The position numbers and the translations under genes are program-made. The notes below the pieces were generated by a model. That model saw only the letters and a list, made by a program, of their open reading frames with translations, was not told the DNA's origin and did no database searches. A stretch of 62,862 bases of DNA, counting the filler, from Globobulimina sp. (lineage: Eukaryota), in assembly GCA_003354225.1 (NCBI GenBank). It is 34 parts of 34 records of this genome, joined end to end, with 100 filler letters (N's around TTAATTAATTAA, not from the genome) between each part and the next. Parts side by side here need not be neighbours in the genome. Positions count along the whole stretch, not along the records: positions 24,084 to 25,835 come from PIVH01012352.1; positions 25,936 to 27,687 come from PIVH01012353.1; positions 27,788 to 29,539 come from PIVH01012354.1; positions 29,640 to 31,391 come from PIVH01012355.1; positions 31,492 to 33,243 come from PIVH01012356.1; positions 33,344 to 35,095 come from PIVH01012357.1; positions 35,196 to 36,947 come from PIVH01012358.1; positions 37,048 to 38,799 come from PIVH01012359.1; 26 more parts are not named here. The stretch is one strand, 5' to 3'. Positions 24,325-37,607 of the stretch are shown here, in pieces (the stretch's first letter is position 1; the number at the start of each line of letters is the position of its first letter).

Positions 24325-25652
24325 TCATAATCCTAATATCTCCGCTAAATCCACCAATTTAACCAATATTGTCGTCGCATCTTGGTTTTGCGAACAAAGT
24401 CTTTCATATTCCTCAATGACATAACTTGGCTGCTTAAATATCGCTCTTCTTACAGCTCTGAATTGTGTTTTATCCAATCCTCCACCTTTGGCAATATGCT
24501 CACTTTCCACCGCATCAATCATATTCTTTATTTCATTTGTTGTTGTTTTTTTATATTCAGCTTTTTTTTGTTCCATATCAATTTCAATTTTTTTCCTTTC
24601 ATTTTCAGATTGCAACATTCCAACACATAAACGTAATCCCTCTGCTACATCTTGTTTAGTTTGATCTTTTTGTTCCTTCTCTTTCTCTCTTTTTTCCAAT
24701 CTTTTTTGCAATTTAATAGTGGCGCGATGTACTGTTTGTTTTCCTATTTATTATTATAATATATATAACAAAATATGATTGGCGCGCATGTCAAAAATTT
24801 AGTATATTTATTATACAAAGTCCGGTGTTATAGTGGTTATACTATGCAGTGTTTGTACTGCGTATAATATCTATTCAAAATATGATTGGTACGCACACAA
24901 ACTCCGTAGTTATATTGGTTATATTATGCAGGCGTATAAAATATGATTGGTGGCATGCAAAATATGGTTAACTTACCTGCAGAGTCTGCTGTTTTTGCTT
25001 TACAGGCAGTTATTCTCTGAGAGACTTTGACAAACTCAGTGTGTCGATATTTATCCTTTCCATTTGCGTCTGCCATGCTCGCTGCTTTCGATTTTATTCT
25101 TGCCGCGGCCCGCGATGATCTCATTTTTGTTTTACAATATTTAAAAACTTTCTTTTCATTAATACCATTATCCAATGCTTCATTTGCAAACAATAAAAAA
25201 TCATCCAATTCCTCATGGGTCCATTTCGCATTTTTTTTATATTTATATAATATTTCTGTCGGTTGGGTGGCAGCAGCGTTTAAAACAGGAGCTTGATGAT
25301 TTGCAGTACGCTCAAATGTTTGAATATTTGCTTTAAATTTTTCATCATCATCAAATGTCAATGTTCTTTGTATTTCAGGTGATAAATGATAATATGTTGC
25401 TGCTGGTGGTGGAGTTTTTGGTCCTTTTCTTTTTCCTTTTTTTGGCAATGATAATTGTGGTAATGATAACTGTGGTAATGAACGCAAACGCATGCTTCTT
25501 ACGTTAGGAATAAGTGCAGGAAGTGCAGGGAGTTGAGGCAGGGATTGATTATGTTTTCTCTTGCGAATTGCTGGTGGGATTTGGAATGTCATACGACGAG
25601 AACCAAGATTTGATTTGTTGTTGTCATTTGTTTGTTGTTTGTTGTCAGCCAT
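24325..25652 (-). CDS. Hypothetical nuclear protein with Myb/SANT-like motif and coiled coil, intron 24744-24976
   Basis: KWTHEELDDFL; removing GTAAGT...ATAG joins DSAG|KQTVHR in frame. Confidence 0.55.
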
Positions 25653-26068
25653 TTTGATCTGGACGAACGTTTACTTAAGTTTTTTCTCTGACAAATCACA
25701 AATGATTAAGAAAAGTAGCTCATGAGCAAAATCAAGGTTAAATAGGAAAACTCTATTGAATGATTTTGTCCTTGACTTGCATTAAAAGCTCCGACGACAA
25801 ATAAATAAGGGCAGAAACGTTGCTGATCTCACTTTNNNNNNNNNNNNNNNNNNNNNNNNNNNNNNNNNNNNNNNNNNNNTTAATTAATTAANNNNNNNNN
25901 NNNNNNNNNNNNNNNNNNNNNNNNNNNNNNNNNNNCTTAATATAATATATTTATTTGACTATCTATTTAATGATACATTTAACGATATATTACAAAAGAT
26001 AATTTAATATATATATTTATCACAAAAGATAACCCCTCTGTTTGGATACCCCTCCTTTCTTTGAGTTA

Positions 26069-27262
26069 TCAAGTTTTTTTTTGTAATTTAACAACCTTTG
26101 CAGCAACCTCTGACAACGGTGTCATTTCGCCGCGCAAATTCCTTTCAAATAAGTGTTTTAACTCATTTCCTCGCAACCCCTGACCCATTAAAAACGATAA
26201 TTTGGTAACCACACTTTCCACAGTCATGTCATGCGCATTTATAAAGCCTATTTGTTCCAAATCCAATGCATTGTTCTGCTTTTTTTCTTCATCCTGCTGT
26301 TTGTTTGCATTTCTTTCATAAATATCAACATGTCCTTTAGAACACTGACTCATTAAAATAATCTCCTTTTTGAATTTCTTTTTTGCGATGGATAACAAAT
26401 TAAATAATTTGATAGATTGCGGGCCATATGACACTCCATAAAATGACAAAACAATTGCAATGTCAGCATCAGATTCAATCAAACCGCGCAATAATTCGCC
26501 ATTAAATCCCGGGATTAGCCAAATTACAATGATATTATTGAACAATTTCAAGTGTGTTTTGAATCTTTTTTTTGGCGCAGCAATAAAATATTCCTCTTCC
26601 ATTTCCAGCTCAATGCCAAAGATCCCCAATGGCGGGAAATTTGGCGACGTGAATGCATCCTGGTGCCAGGCATCGAATTTAGTCGACCTATTTCCTGTGC
26701 AGTTGCATGCAAAATCTATAGGTAGCATTTAGAGAGAAGTACCTCTCAACAATTTATTGTTAAACATTAAGCAGACTTCGCAGATTTGGCACTGGCCAGC
26801 AACGCACAGCGAAGCGATCAAATTGTTTTTCGCATCGTTGAAGACCTCACCGATTGGTATTTGCGCACCAGTTAAGACTACAGGTTTTGACAAATTTTCT
26901 AACATAAAGCTCAACGCCGAGGCGGTGTAACTCATTGTGTCGGTTCCATGCAATATTATGAATCCATCATAGTTGTAGTAATTTGTTGATATTTGCTCAC
27001 AAAGTTTGAGCCAATCGGAGGGCTGAATACATGACGAATCGATGGGGTTTTCCCATTCAAATATATCATAGGATGGCAATGCACCATGATGGAAATCAAT
27101 GTCATTCGACATTCTTTTGGATAAATATCCCTTTTGGACAATTAAACCGTTGGACGTCGGCGCCATTATAAAGGTGCCGCCTGTTACAATGATTAGTACC
27201 TTCGATTCGCAATCTTCCTCATATAGATTCGAGGCAAGTGTTTTGGATGGGGACGAGTCCAT
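26069..27262 (-). CDS. ansA: Type I (cytosolic) L-asparaginase, intron 26695-26742
   Basis: IVTGGTF, IDSS, ILHGTDTMSY, KPVVLTGAQIP, LLRG|NRSTK, FTSPN, DMTVES, NLRGEMT. Confidence 0.93.
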
Positions 27263-27306
27263 TATCACAGTACTAAAATCTTACTATTAAACCTTCTCAG
27301 CACAGC

Positions 27307-27687
27307 ATGTCAACTTTCCGACCGACATGTCTTATTTTAACACTTCTCTTCTCGACCTGCGTATCACTAAACACTTACACCATAGCACAAGAACAGACTG
27401 CCATGGTCTGGCGCTCAACCTCTCCATTCTACCCACAAGTGGCCACATCTTACGGCGAAATAAGAATAGGACAAGAAATGAGCATCGAATTCGATTTCGT
27501 TTACGAAGGCAGAACCTCCACATATCTTAACCAATTTTTTCGTATCGGCGCTGCGTCAGACACTCAAAATTGCGACGGAGGAGACTCGAAATATCCATCA
27601 ATGTGGTTGAAATATGGCAGTATGAACAGTGCAATACTCGATATACAATTTACTGGCGACACTACAGAGTGCGGCAAAAATTATTTA
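27307..27687 (+). CDS. Secreted or surface protein N-terminus, partial
   Basis: Signal peptide MSTFRPTCLILTLLFSTCVS; open to the contig end. Confidence 0.6.
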
Positions 27688-27787
27688 NNNNNNNNNNNNN
27701 NNNNNNNNNNNNNNNNNNNNNNNNNNNNNNNTTAATTAATTAANNNNNNNNNNNNNNNNNNNNNNNNNNNNNNNNNNNNNNNNNNNN

Positions 27788-28137
27788 ATAAGGGAAATCA
27801 GATAAGATGTATCCATCATATTATTGGTTGAATATGATATGGGTATATTTTGTGTGATAAACTTGTTTTGCAAGGATCGATATTTTATTTTAAATTTTTA
27901 AAATGATATTTGCGCATAAATGCTGCATTTTTTTAAACAATGAACCTGTGAAACGTTTGTTTTCTTGGCTACAAAGTGCAAGGATATATTAAAAAAAATC
28001 CGCATTTATGCGCAAATATCATTTTAAAAATTAAAAATAAAATATCGATCCTTGCAAAACAAGTTTATCACACAAAATATACCCATATCATATTCAACCA
28101 ATAATATGATGGATACATCTTATCTGATTTCCCTTAT
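27788..28137. repeat. Near-perfect inverted repeat, about 136-bp arms (27788-27923 and 28002-28137), at the contig start
   Basis: Arms are reverse complements with a 78-nt spacer; typical amplification fold-back. Confidence 0.9.
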
Positions 28138-28696
28138 CCCCAACCAAACCCAACAACCTTTTATCATTTCCAAATAAAAACACAAATTTGTTGTGCGAAA
28201 TTGCGGGAATATGCCCTTAATTCAATAATCAACAATATCCATCAATGCCACATGTAATTATCAATTAATGTTCCATAAAATCCTATAATATTTCCATAAA
28301 AATCCTATGATATTTGCTTCCTTTATTTACCGCATGACTTTTCAAACCGATAAATCTAACTTTGCCATATCGAGGAATTGAAGTCTTTCCTTTTAGAACC
28401 TGTCTGATTGATACAATACACACACAATACAACAATCAAAAAAGCAAGCCAAATGACGAAAGAGTTAGTGTTCTCATACCTAAATTTGCATCTCTTTTGA
28501 ACTGAAAAAGCAAAACTTTGATGGCATTTTAGAAAACTAGTCGAACAAGGATGGCATTTTAAAATAGTCAATATCGTGTCGCTAAAAAAAATGGGACAAC
28601 GCAATGTGTATATAAAAATGATACAACAATTCTGGAAATAGTTTTTTTTTTTTAAGACACTGAAAATTATTAAAACCGCTTACGATAATACTTAAT

Positions 28697-29539
28697 ATGA
28701 CTCAATCCGAAATAATTAGTGACCGCAACGGTACAATTTATGGCTGCAAAGAAACAAAACAATCATTATTATTATATGGATTTCTTGATCAAAAAATGGA
28801 GTTTTTAGATTTATTTGGGTTAATTTATTGTTTTACATTTACTCAAAACATGAATAGTTTCTTTATTACATCAAATTATATTAACTCATTGAATCTATCT
28901 TATATCCATTCGGTATATGGACCAAATCCAAAATGTATTTGGAAAAATTCTAAATCATATTCAATATCAAACATTGACATTGCTGATTACACATTATTAA
29001 ATAAATCAAATTTATCAACAACAAAAAAATTTAAATATGCATTCATGATAAATCCTGGAGGACATAACGTTGTTTTATCATCCATCATTTTTCGACTTCG
29101 ACATCCAACCAATTCGTTTCTTATTGTTAACAATGGCGTTTATGATGAAACATTAAACGAAGAAGTTATGACACCAAAATTTAATGCATTTCTTGAAGGC
29201 AAAGTAGAAGACGATGCCGATCAATTTATCATTACAACGTATTCTTTGACGGTGTGTATGGATTTAAAAGATTGTGAGAGAGCAATGGCTCTGCAAATTG
29301 CTATTGAAAATTGGTTATATTTGATAATGTATAAAATAAAATGTTTATTAAACACAGAATTTGTTCGAAATTATACAGAGAAAGACATGGTGGAAATTTG
29401 TAAATATTATACCGTGGAATCTGACGGATTTGTAAATATTTTGCATTTATTAAATAACATTATTTCTAAACAAATTGATAATTTCCAACAAATGATGCAA
29501 TCTTCATTACATTCACCAATTTCACTTTGTATGTTCACC
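28697..29539 (+). CDS. Hypothetical protein, 3' partial
   Basis: Long ORF open to the contig end. Confidence 0.5.
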
Positions 29540-29639
29540 NNNNNNNNNNNNNNNNNNNNNNNNNNNNNNNNNNNNNNNNNNNNTTAATTAATTAANNNNN
29601 NNNNNNNNNNNNNNNNNNNNNNNNNNNNNNNNNNNNNNN

Positions 29640-31049
29640 TTCTCAGTGTAATCTGGAATCAAGTGTTGTTTTTGGCTGTTTTGCTCTGTCGTTATTTCAT
29701 TCGTTCTTTGCATTAGCTGTCTCATCAAAACATTCCAATTTGCAAATGCCTCCTTCTCCAATTCTTTCTGTGCCTCATCAAAATTAATGATTGTCCTGCT
29801 TTTATTTTTCCACTTTAAATAAAACTCATAAAACAAAGCCACATATATTTCATGAACCGCATCAGACACAGACTTTCTGGCATTAATTTCATTATAAATC
29901 AAGCACGACCTTAACAATTTGATGACTATTCCAGAAATTGTAAAGGAAACAATGGTCAATGGGAAATGTTGATGGCCGTGAATTGACGACAAGTATATCT
30001 TCGAAGTGATATACTCATACTTTTCAATCATATAAATTAACTGCAAGACACCAAACAATCCACAGCCACGAATGTCTGTCGATGGCTCATTGCCTTGGAA
30101 ACCAATCTGTTGCCAATGCGAACCGGTTTTGTCGCATTGCCGCGTGTCATCTGTCAATTTCATCCATAGTGTTTGCAGCATTCTGTTGTGTACAATATCA
30201 CCAACATCGAATTTCAGCTTTGCCATTTTGAAGATAGCATCTCTTTCGTCATTCAATTGTTGCGTTTTTAATGCGACCGCACATCGGCCAAAGATAAACA
30301 TTCTCAAATAATCCAACCACGAAATATTCCGAAAATCTTCGATGGTGATGTCTTCCCAATCGATTTCTTCATTTGCTTGTTCCATTAAATATGGATACAA
30401 ATCTTCAAAGCCAATCGGATCAAAATCGGACTTTTCTTCTTCGTTTTCAGATTCTACAGTTTCGTCTTGATATTCTTCATTAAATCTATACGTTACATGG
30501 TTGAATGTCGCTTCTTCTTTGCTTGTCGGCCATTCTTTTTCCTCTTCTTCTTGTTCTTGTGCTGGTGCTTCGGTGTGGTTATTATCCATATGATTTGCTG
30601 GAGGACCGTCTGTTTATTGGTTCAATGTTTGGCTGTGGTAATGGAGTAAATTTAGTGATATTTAACAGAACTTTGGTATTTGGATAATATATTTGTCGGT
30701 TTTAAATAATCGGATAATATTTCAGTTTGTATTGCAATGCCATCTTTGTCATCATCATTATCAGTATGTTGTGGATCATTAATTTGGATCTCTACAAATT
30801 TTGACTGTATGTTGAGGATTTTAATTAGTTGTGATTTGTTTGTATGAAGAAATAAATTCTTTATACCTGTTTCTCAGCATTTTGCTGCACTTTGGATGGT
30901 TTTAATTGTTTAGAATTCTCTTTTTCCGAAAAAGCCATCTCAAATTCATCAGAACCGTTGTCTTGTTGGTTTTTTTGGTGTTTAAGGGACAAATCATCTG
31001 AAAAGTCAGAGGATGTATCAGTAGACGCATTTAGGAGACTGTCTGCCAT
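29640..31049 (-). CDS. ELMO/CED-12 domain protein (ELMOD); upstream exons probably begin at 31049
   Basis: WQQIGFQGNEPSTDIRGCGLFGVLQLIY and HFPLTIVSFTIS; GT-AG intron 30805-30866 upstream. Confidence 0.88.
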
Positions 31050-31491
31050 TCTATGGACGTGTTAAACTTTAAACGATGAGTTAAGAGAGAGAATGAGAGA
31101 TAACACACCCCCTCAATGCGTGGAGACCCCCCCTTCCCCATTCATCGACCTGGGGTTGGTTATCGATCAACCCCTCCATCCTATCACATGGGGTTATCTC
31201 TCGTACTCATCGCTAATTCATTATTTGAACTGTTGCACTGCTGTACGCTACCAAAAAATAAATAATACACGCTGTTTTATAATAATATACTTGCGCAAGA
31301 AATAAAAACAGCGATTGTATATAAAATTATATGGTTGTTCTAGTTTATTATCAATACTAACATAGAAAAAAAAATAACACAACCACAACCTNNNNNNNNN
31401 NNNNNNNNNNNNNNNNNNNNNNNNNNNNNNNNNNNTTAATTAATTAANNNNNNNNNNNNNNNNNNNNNNNNNNNNNNNNNNNNNNNNNNNN

Positions 31492-32166
31492 TGTTTCTCT
31501 CGGAGGTCCTCGATCACCCAAAAGCCTTCGTCTTTCGCAAAACCCGTGACCTGAGCGACCAGGAATGGTTTGACATTCTTGGCAATAGCTGGCAAGGCGC
31601 AATACACAACTACATAGGCAAACCAACCCTGCTGATGAGGCTTCGCGGTGCCGGCGACACCCCCACCGCTCAATCGGAACAGGGCCACGATGAAGAAAAA
31701 TCGACCGCCCTCTCAAAGCCGCTCAATGAGTGGCCGGTAGTCAATGATTATCAGTGGAATACCCTTGCCAACAACAATTCGTCAGCAGCAATTGTAATTT
31801 GGTGGCTGGCGGTACAGGTCATCGGCCTGCTCGCCTTCCCCATTTCATTCTTGCTGCTACGAAAACTGGTTGACGGTGGCTACCTCTTCAGTAAGAGTTT
31901 GGGACTGCTCCTTATTAGCTACGGTGTGTGGCTGTTGTCGGGCCTCGGGTTGCCCGCCAATCGGCTGCCAGTTATAGCGGCAATGATGGTTCTGCTGGCC
32001 GCCACCAGCCTCATATTGGCCTGGCGCAACCACGGCGAACTGGGTCACTTCATTCGCCGTCGCTGGCCGTTGCTGCTCATTGGCGAGGGCATCTTCGCCT
32101 TTGTCTTCCTCCTGTTCATCAGCTTTCGGCTGGCAAATCCCGACCTGTGGCAACCCTGGAACGGCC
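31492..32166 (+). CDS. Bacterial DUF2298/YYY-type membrane protein fragment (chimeric)
   Basis: GC-rich; open from the contig start (LDHPKAFVFRK); WWLAVQVIGLLAFP, DGGYLFSKSLGLL, RLANPDLWQPWNG. Confidence 0.7.
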
Positions 32167-32187
32167 TGGAAGTCTGGCACCCTGACC

Positions 32188-33243
32188 ATGTCTACCAACA
32201 GCAACGAACTACAACATCGTTGTGATAATATCCAATCGGATATATGCTCTTTGCATTATTCTTTACAACAATTAAATTGGAAATCATTCACTCGGCAATC
32301 ACTATTGAACATTAGAACAAATATTCTAAAGCTCAAACAAAAAGAGGAAATGTTGAAAAAATCAAACAATGATTTACATTTACAAATGCATCAATTGTCA
32401 AAACAACTGGAAGTGCATCAATCGCAACATATCATTGTTGATATTTTACATCTGGATCATCAATTTTGTATTGTTAACAAACCAGAAAATATTTGTATTG
32501 ACGGTGATGAAGATATCACATTAGAAAAATTAACATTAAACACTTTGAAAAATACATCCAAAATTAGGCATTGCCATCAATTGGACAGAGCAACTTCAGG
32601 AATATTAATTTATGGACTTACAAGGAAAGCTGCAGCCAAAGTAAGCACATTATTTCAAAACAGAAACGTTATCAAGATTTATTATGCAATTGTTTACGGA
32701 CACGTCATATTGAATCATTTTATAATTGATTTCCCACTTTCAAAATCTCCAAATGACCCAATTCGAGAAATGGTTGGTAACCACCTGCATCATGGCAGAG
32801 CCGCAATAACTGAATGTTTTGTACGAAAACGAGGATTTTTCAAAGGTATACAAGTATCTTTAATTGAAGTACATCTTCATACGGGAAGAAGACACCAAAT
32901 TCGTTTACATTTATCCAAATGTGGCCATCCTGTTATTGGTGATCCAACTTATTGTGATATTAATAAATTGAAAACAGTTAAGTTTGATAGAATGTATTTA
33001 GACGCACATCGAATAATTTTGAACTTCAAAACTGATAATAAAGTAATTGATGTCTCAACAAACAGTAAATATGTATTTGATGCATTCATTCAAGCAACAA
33101 ATGGTCCGTTTGATGCATGTATCAAACGCCGCGAAGACATACTATTTCCGCCGCCACATTCATTCGATCAATATCATTATTCAATGATTATTCCGTTTGT
33201 TGTCTGCGATGGTTCGAAAGATGTAAAGATATTAATGAAGAAA
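32188..33243 (+). CDS. RluA-family pseudouridine synthase (RPUSD1-like), 3' partial
   Basis: VNKP, HCHQLDRATSG, KIYYAIVYG, TGRRHQIRLH, GHPVIGDPTY; likely ATG at 32188. Confidence 0.9.
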
Positions 33244-33790
33244 NNNNNNNNNNNNNNNNNNNNNNNNNNNNNNNNNNNNNNNNNNNNTTAATTAATTAAN
33301 NNNNNNNNNNNNNNNNNNNNNNNNNNNNNNNNNNNNNNNNNNNAATTTAAACATAGAGATAAAAAGATACTAATTATTGAGTTTGAGAAATTAATGGATG
33401 AACGATATAGGAAATCGGAAATGAGTAAAATGTTACACTTTCTGTTTACTGACAATTATTTGAAGCAATATGAACAGGAAATGTTGCACAGAATGGACAA
33501 AATGATGGAAGATATTCTAAATCTGGAAAGAGCTCAATTAATATACAGGAATAAAAAAAGAAAAAATAGAATTGATGAAATATATGCTTACTCATTGTTA
33601 TCTGACCTATCTCATCAGCATATTTGTAAAATGTTGCAATATGCACAAAATCAATCCACAGTCAGATGGAAACAGATTGTAATTAAAAACTGTAAAAACA
33701 TCAAAAAAACTTAACCTTAAACCTTTTCATTTCAAACTATAAACACTTACCCTGTTTCGCATTTGCCTCAATATAGTTGCAATTGCAAAA

Positions 33791-35095
33791 ATGAATAGAA
33801 TTATATGGCTGGTAATTGTAATTATTACCTGCCAAATCCAATCTAAATTTATTGATAATGAATTACGTGAATTCGATATTCCTTTCAATTTAGACGATTC
33901 ACGGCAAATTAATTTAGACGATAACGAGATAATTGGTGAACCATTTGAAACGTCTCAATTTGAATTAAAATTTAAAACGCAACAATCATACCAAGGCTTA
34001 CCGATATTTGGTGCAACGTTAGTTGTTGAACAAGATCCGCATAATCCGCGAAAAACCATTCCAATCTCTGGCAAATGGTATGATAAAACCGATATTGATA
34101 AATTAGTGCCAAGCATTAAGCCGCAAGTGGCTGACGAAGAAGCATTAAATATCGCTTTGCGTGGATTAAATATCGATGCAGACGATGTTTATTCCAAACG
34201 TCCCTCCAAATTATATATTTATTATCATAACTCGTATCCGTATTTGTGTTGGATTATAAAAGTGTCATACAAGAGTCCAGCAAAAGAAGACCAAATCCAT
34301 CATCCGATGGTAATAATTGACGCCTTAAACGGTAATATCTTTGAAATCTATGATGAATCATATAATGTGATTGAAGGCTGCGGCGATGGCGGTAATCTCA
34401 AAACTGGTTTGTATCAATATTGTGTTGATTTGGCCCCATTGTTAATTAATGAGAATATTAGTCCCGTGTTGGAAAATGATGTGATCCAAGTTTTTGAGAA
34501 TCATAATTATCTTTATACTGAGCATTCATATGCAACAAAAGTCACATGTTCAGGTTTAACCAATCCAACAAATGGTACAAATGCGCGTTGTAATATTGAT
34601 GACGTGTATACAAATGGCGCATATTGCCCAGCTTGTGATTTATTTGCTTTTGCGAATGTTGCATTTGAAATGTTTGCCGAATGGTTAAGTAAAAACTAAA
34701 TAACTTATATCTTATTTATATGCACTCCAAATAACTTATTTATAACTTATTTATATTTTAAAGGACGAATGCAACCTATCCCATTTCTTCTGCTTTCATT
34801 CCAATGAGATTATATATGCATGTTGGTATGTAAAAATCAGTAAATTCAAATAACAGAAATTAGGATCACGAGCCGTATGCTGACGTATCTGATATATATA
34901 TACGTATCTGACACGCTGTCAGTTAGCATACACGTCGTGGTCCACAAATTACAGAGTTTATATCCAAACGTTTTTGCAATTTTGTGTGATCGAACAGGTA
35001 GTTCCTGGGCTAATGCTAACTATGTTTTTGCCACTGGCGAAATGAATTTTGGTGATGGCGATTCCTCAGTTTATCCACTGACCGTTTTGGATATC
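33791..35095 (+). CDS. Secreted M4 (thermolysin/elastase-like) metallopeptidase precursor, introns 34684-34763 and 34826-34997, 3' partial
   Basis: Signal peptide; FTP-like QQSYQGLPIFG; PepSY-like IIDALNGNI; mature GDGGNLKTG, NGAYCP, MRLYMHVG|SSWANA, MNFGDGDSSVYPLTVLDI; HEXXH lies beyond the contig. Confidence 0.85.
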
Positions 35096-35264
35096 NNNNN
35101 NNNNNNNNNNNNNNNNNNNNNNNNNNNNNNNNNNNNNNNTTAATTAATTAANNNNNNNNNNNNNNNNNNNNNNNNNNNNNNNNNNNNNNNNNNNNCTCAA
35201 CTGAACGAGCTACTCTCATAAAAAGGATAAACATTAATAATACAATTTAACATTAATAAAAACT

Positions 35265-35777
35265 TTAATTATATTGGCATTTCTTTCTCCTCCCATGATT
35301 AAACCAGTCAAGGTATTTGATAAATATTTGATTGCATGCTTTTGATCCCTTTGCCTTGATACATTGGAAAGCATATGTTCCATCCTCAAGTTTGTACGGT
35401 TCCCAATCTATCCATTTCCAGGTATTTATTTTTTTAATCTCTCCAGTGACGGTATTTAAATGCAACTCTTTATGAATGATCCTTCTCATTAAAGATGGTT
35501 TTTTCACTTTTAAATTCGCATTCTCATCGGCTATAGCCACTGCCATGCAATGTTCATAATCCAAATAATCTATTTTTTTATTTATTGCCATTATTCGTAA
35601 TGACTTAAGTGATGATACTTTATCTTTATTGTGTTTAATGAATAATTCACAATACTTATGTGAGTTATGTCCATCACCACATCCAACTTTTTCTTTAGTT
35701 TTCTTATTCGCGGAGATTTTCCTCTTTTTCTGTGGTGGTTCATTGGATGAAATCAATGGATGTGCCTCTTGATCCAA
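35265..35777 (-). CDS. Basic hypothetical protein or last exon, possible Zn-binding C-terminus
   Basis: NLS-like PPQKKRK; C-x8-C-x12-H-x5-C at the end; same-strand ORFs upstream may be further exons. Confidence 0.4.
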   Translation of the reverse strand: MDQEAHPLISSNEPPQKKRKISANKKTKEKVGCGDGHNSHKYCELFIKHNKDKVSSLKSLRIMAINKKIDYLDYEHCMAVAIADENANLKVKKPSLMRRIIHKELHLNTVTGEIKKINTWKWIDWEPYKLEDGTYAFQCIKAKGSKACNQIFIKYLDWFNHGRRKKCQYN

Positions 35778-37607
35778 ATCATCACAATTTTTTCTTTTTC
35801 TGTTTTTTATTTATTGTGACAAACATAAACAGTTTGTTTTGTACAACAAAAACGATACAAACCTATTTTTATTTGACGATTGTATTATATTATGACAGTC
35901 GACTGGCGATGGGTGTGGATGCAATACATTGTTGTTAACAACGACTCCGACTGTATCTATAGCAATGTCATCATCATCACTCTCATCAAACTCACATCTA
36001 TCTGCTTGCAATAATTCATCCGATTTCGCATCTGAATCATCCATATCTTCATCAATATCAATCATAGCGGGCATTTCCATAGCTTTCTCATCAAACACGT
36101 CATTATTCTCCTCATCACCACATTCTGTTTCTGATGGGAGACGCGAGCCCCAAATATCATCCCAAGAAACATTATATTTCTCCTTATATACATAATAATC
36201 TTATTTATATATTAATGTATAACAAAGTCAAACATTGAGAAAAAAAAACAAATAGATTTGAATAACCTGGGATTCTATACTGCCAATTCACGACACTTGG
36301 CGGGAGGTCCGGCCTATAATTTTTGTTTATTATGTATGTTTGTTGTGTATGTTGGGTTTGCTGTGTCTGTTGACACACAATTCTATTTATTAATGAATTT
36401 CTGGATTGATAATCAACATTCGGATCAATTACAAATTGGAATATTGTGGTGTGGTTATGGTTATTGTTGTAGCTGTCAGAGGTGTTGTTTTTTACAGTTG
36501 ATGAAATGATAGAACTGTCTCGATTGTTGTGGCCACTGAACGACCGGGCAGACTCAATTCGAGACATCGTCCTTTCTTCTGGTTTAGAAGACATTATAAT
36601 TATTAGTAACAGTAATCTTCAGTTGAAAACGTTTTTGAAATGTGGAATTTTCTTTAAATGTGACTCATCAAACTGTATTGCATATAAAGATTGATTACAT
36701 GCGACTCATCAAGATTGATTACATTCTGTACTATCTATGAAAAACTAAGCATGATATTTTAATGTTTTTGCATTTGTACATATTTATTATTATTATTTAT
36801 TCTTGTTTACGTAAATTACGTTGTATACTCCGTTCCAGTTATTTGAATGAGATGGTATTAAGAAAATAATTTGATGACATTACACAATTCTTTTTATGAT
36901 AAATATCAATTACAGCGAATGAACCAACTATAACTATAACCAGTAACNNNNNNNNNNNNNNNNNNNNNNNNNNNNNNNNNNNNNNNNNNNNTTAATTAAT
37001 TAANNNNNNNNNNNNNNNNNNNNNNNNNNNNNNNNNNNNNNNNNNNNATACAAATAGGTCCATTGTATGGCAAAACCAATGACATTGGCGGGATATTAAT
37101 AATTTGCGTCAAGGAGCAGGGCGGTATTAAGGACATTGAAAAGAGACACCTGCAAAGGGAGGAGGAGGATGGCTACTCATTGAATTTCGAGAAAACAGTG
37201 ATAATTTCGATTGGCGAAAGTGATGATAATATGAGAAATATTGAATTGTTGCCGTATAATGATGGCATTGAACAGTTGCGAGTGCAGGATACGCCATTTT
37301 ATCTTTCATGCAAAGTTGAGTTTAAGTTTCCGAATTTTATGAATTTGCGATGAGTTTGTATATATATTCAGAAATGGAATAGAAATACAAAGAAAAGTGC
37401 AAAGAATCAGTTAGAGAGAGAACATCAGGAATTGATTGCACAGCAATTAGCAGAATTGCAAAGGGACGAAGAGGAGACAAAAAAAATGGAAGCCAATAAG
37501 GATAAAAAAAAGAAAAAGAAAAAACAAAAGTGTGATGATGAGAAAAGTGATAGACCATCTACTCAATATCAACATCGTCGCAATGGTATGTACTATATAC
37601 AATATCC

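Noticed and set aside
26729-26742. In-frame stops or frameshifts in asparaginase, Qor, spastin and tubulin as pseudogenes or an alternative genetic code
   Set aside because: Each is resolved by a short GT-AG intron that restores the conserved motif
27788-28137. Long inverted repeat as a hairpin telomere, miRNA precursor or transposon
   Set aside because: Starts exactly at a contig end with near-identical arms and a short spacer, the signature of an amplification fold-back
32080-33291. 403-aa ORF as a novel extended pseudouridine synthase
   Set aside because: The first 36 or so codons are an off-frame reading of the GC-rich bacterial fragment; the host gene likely starts at 32188
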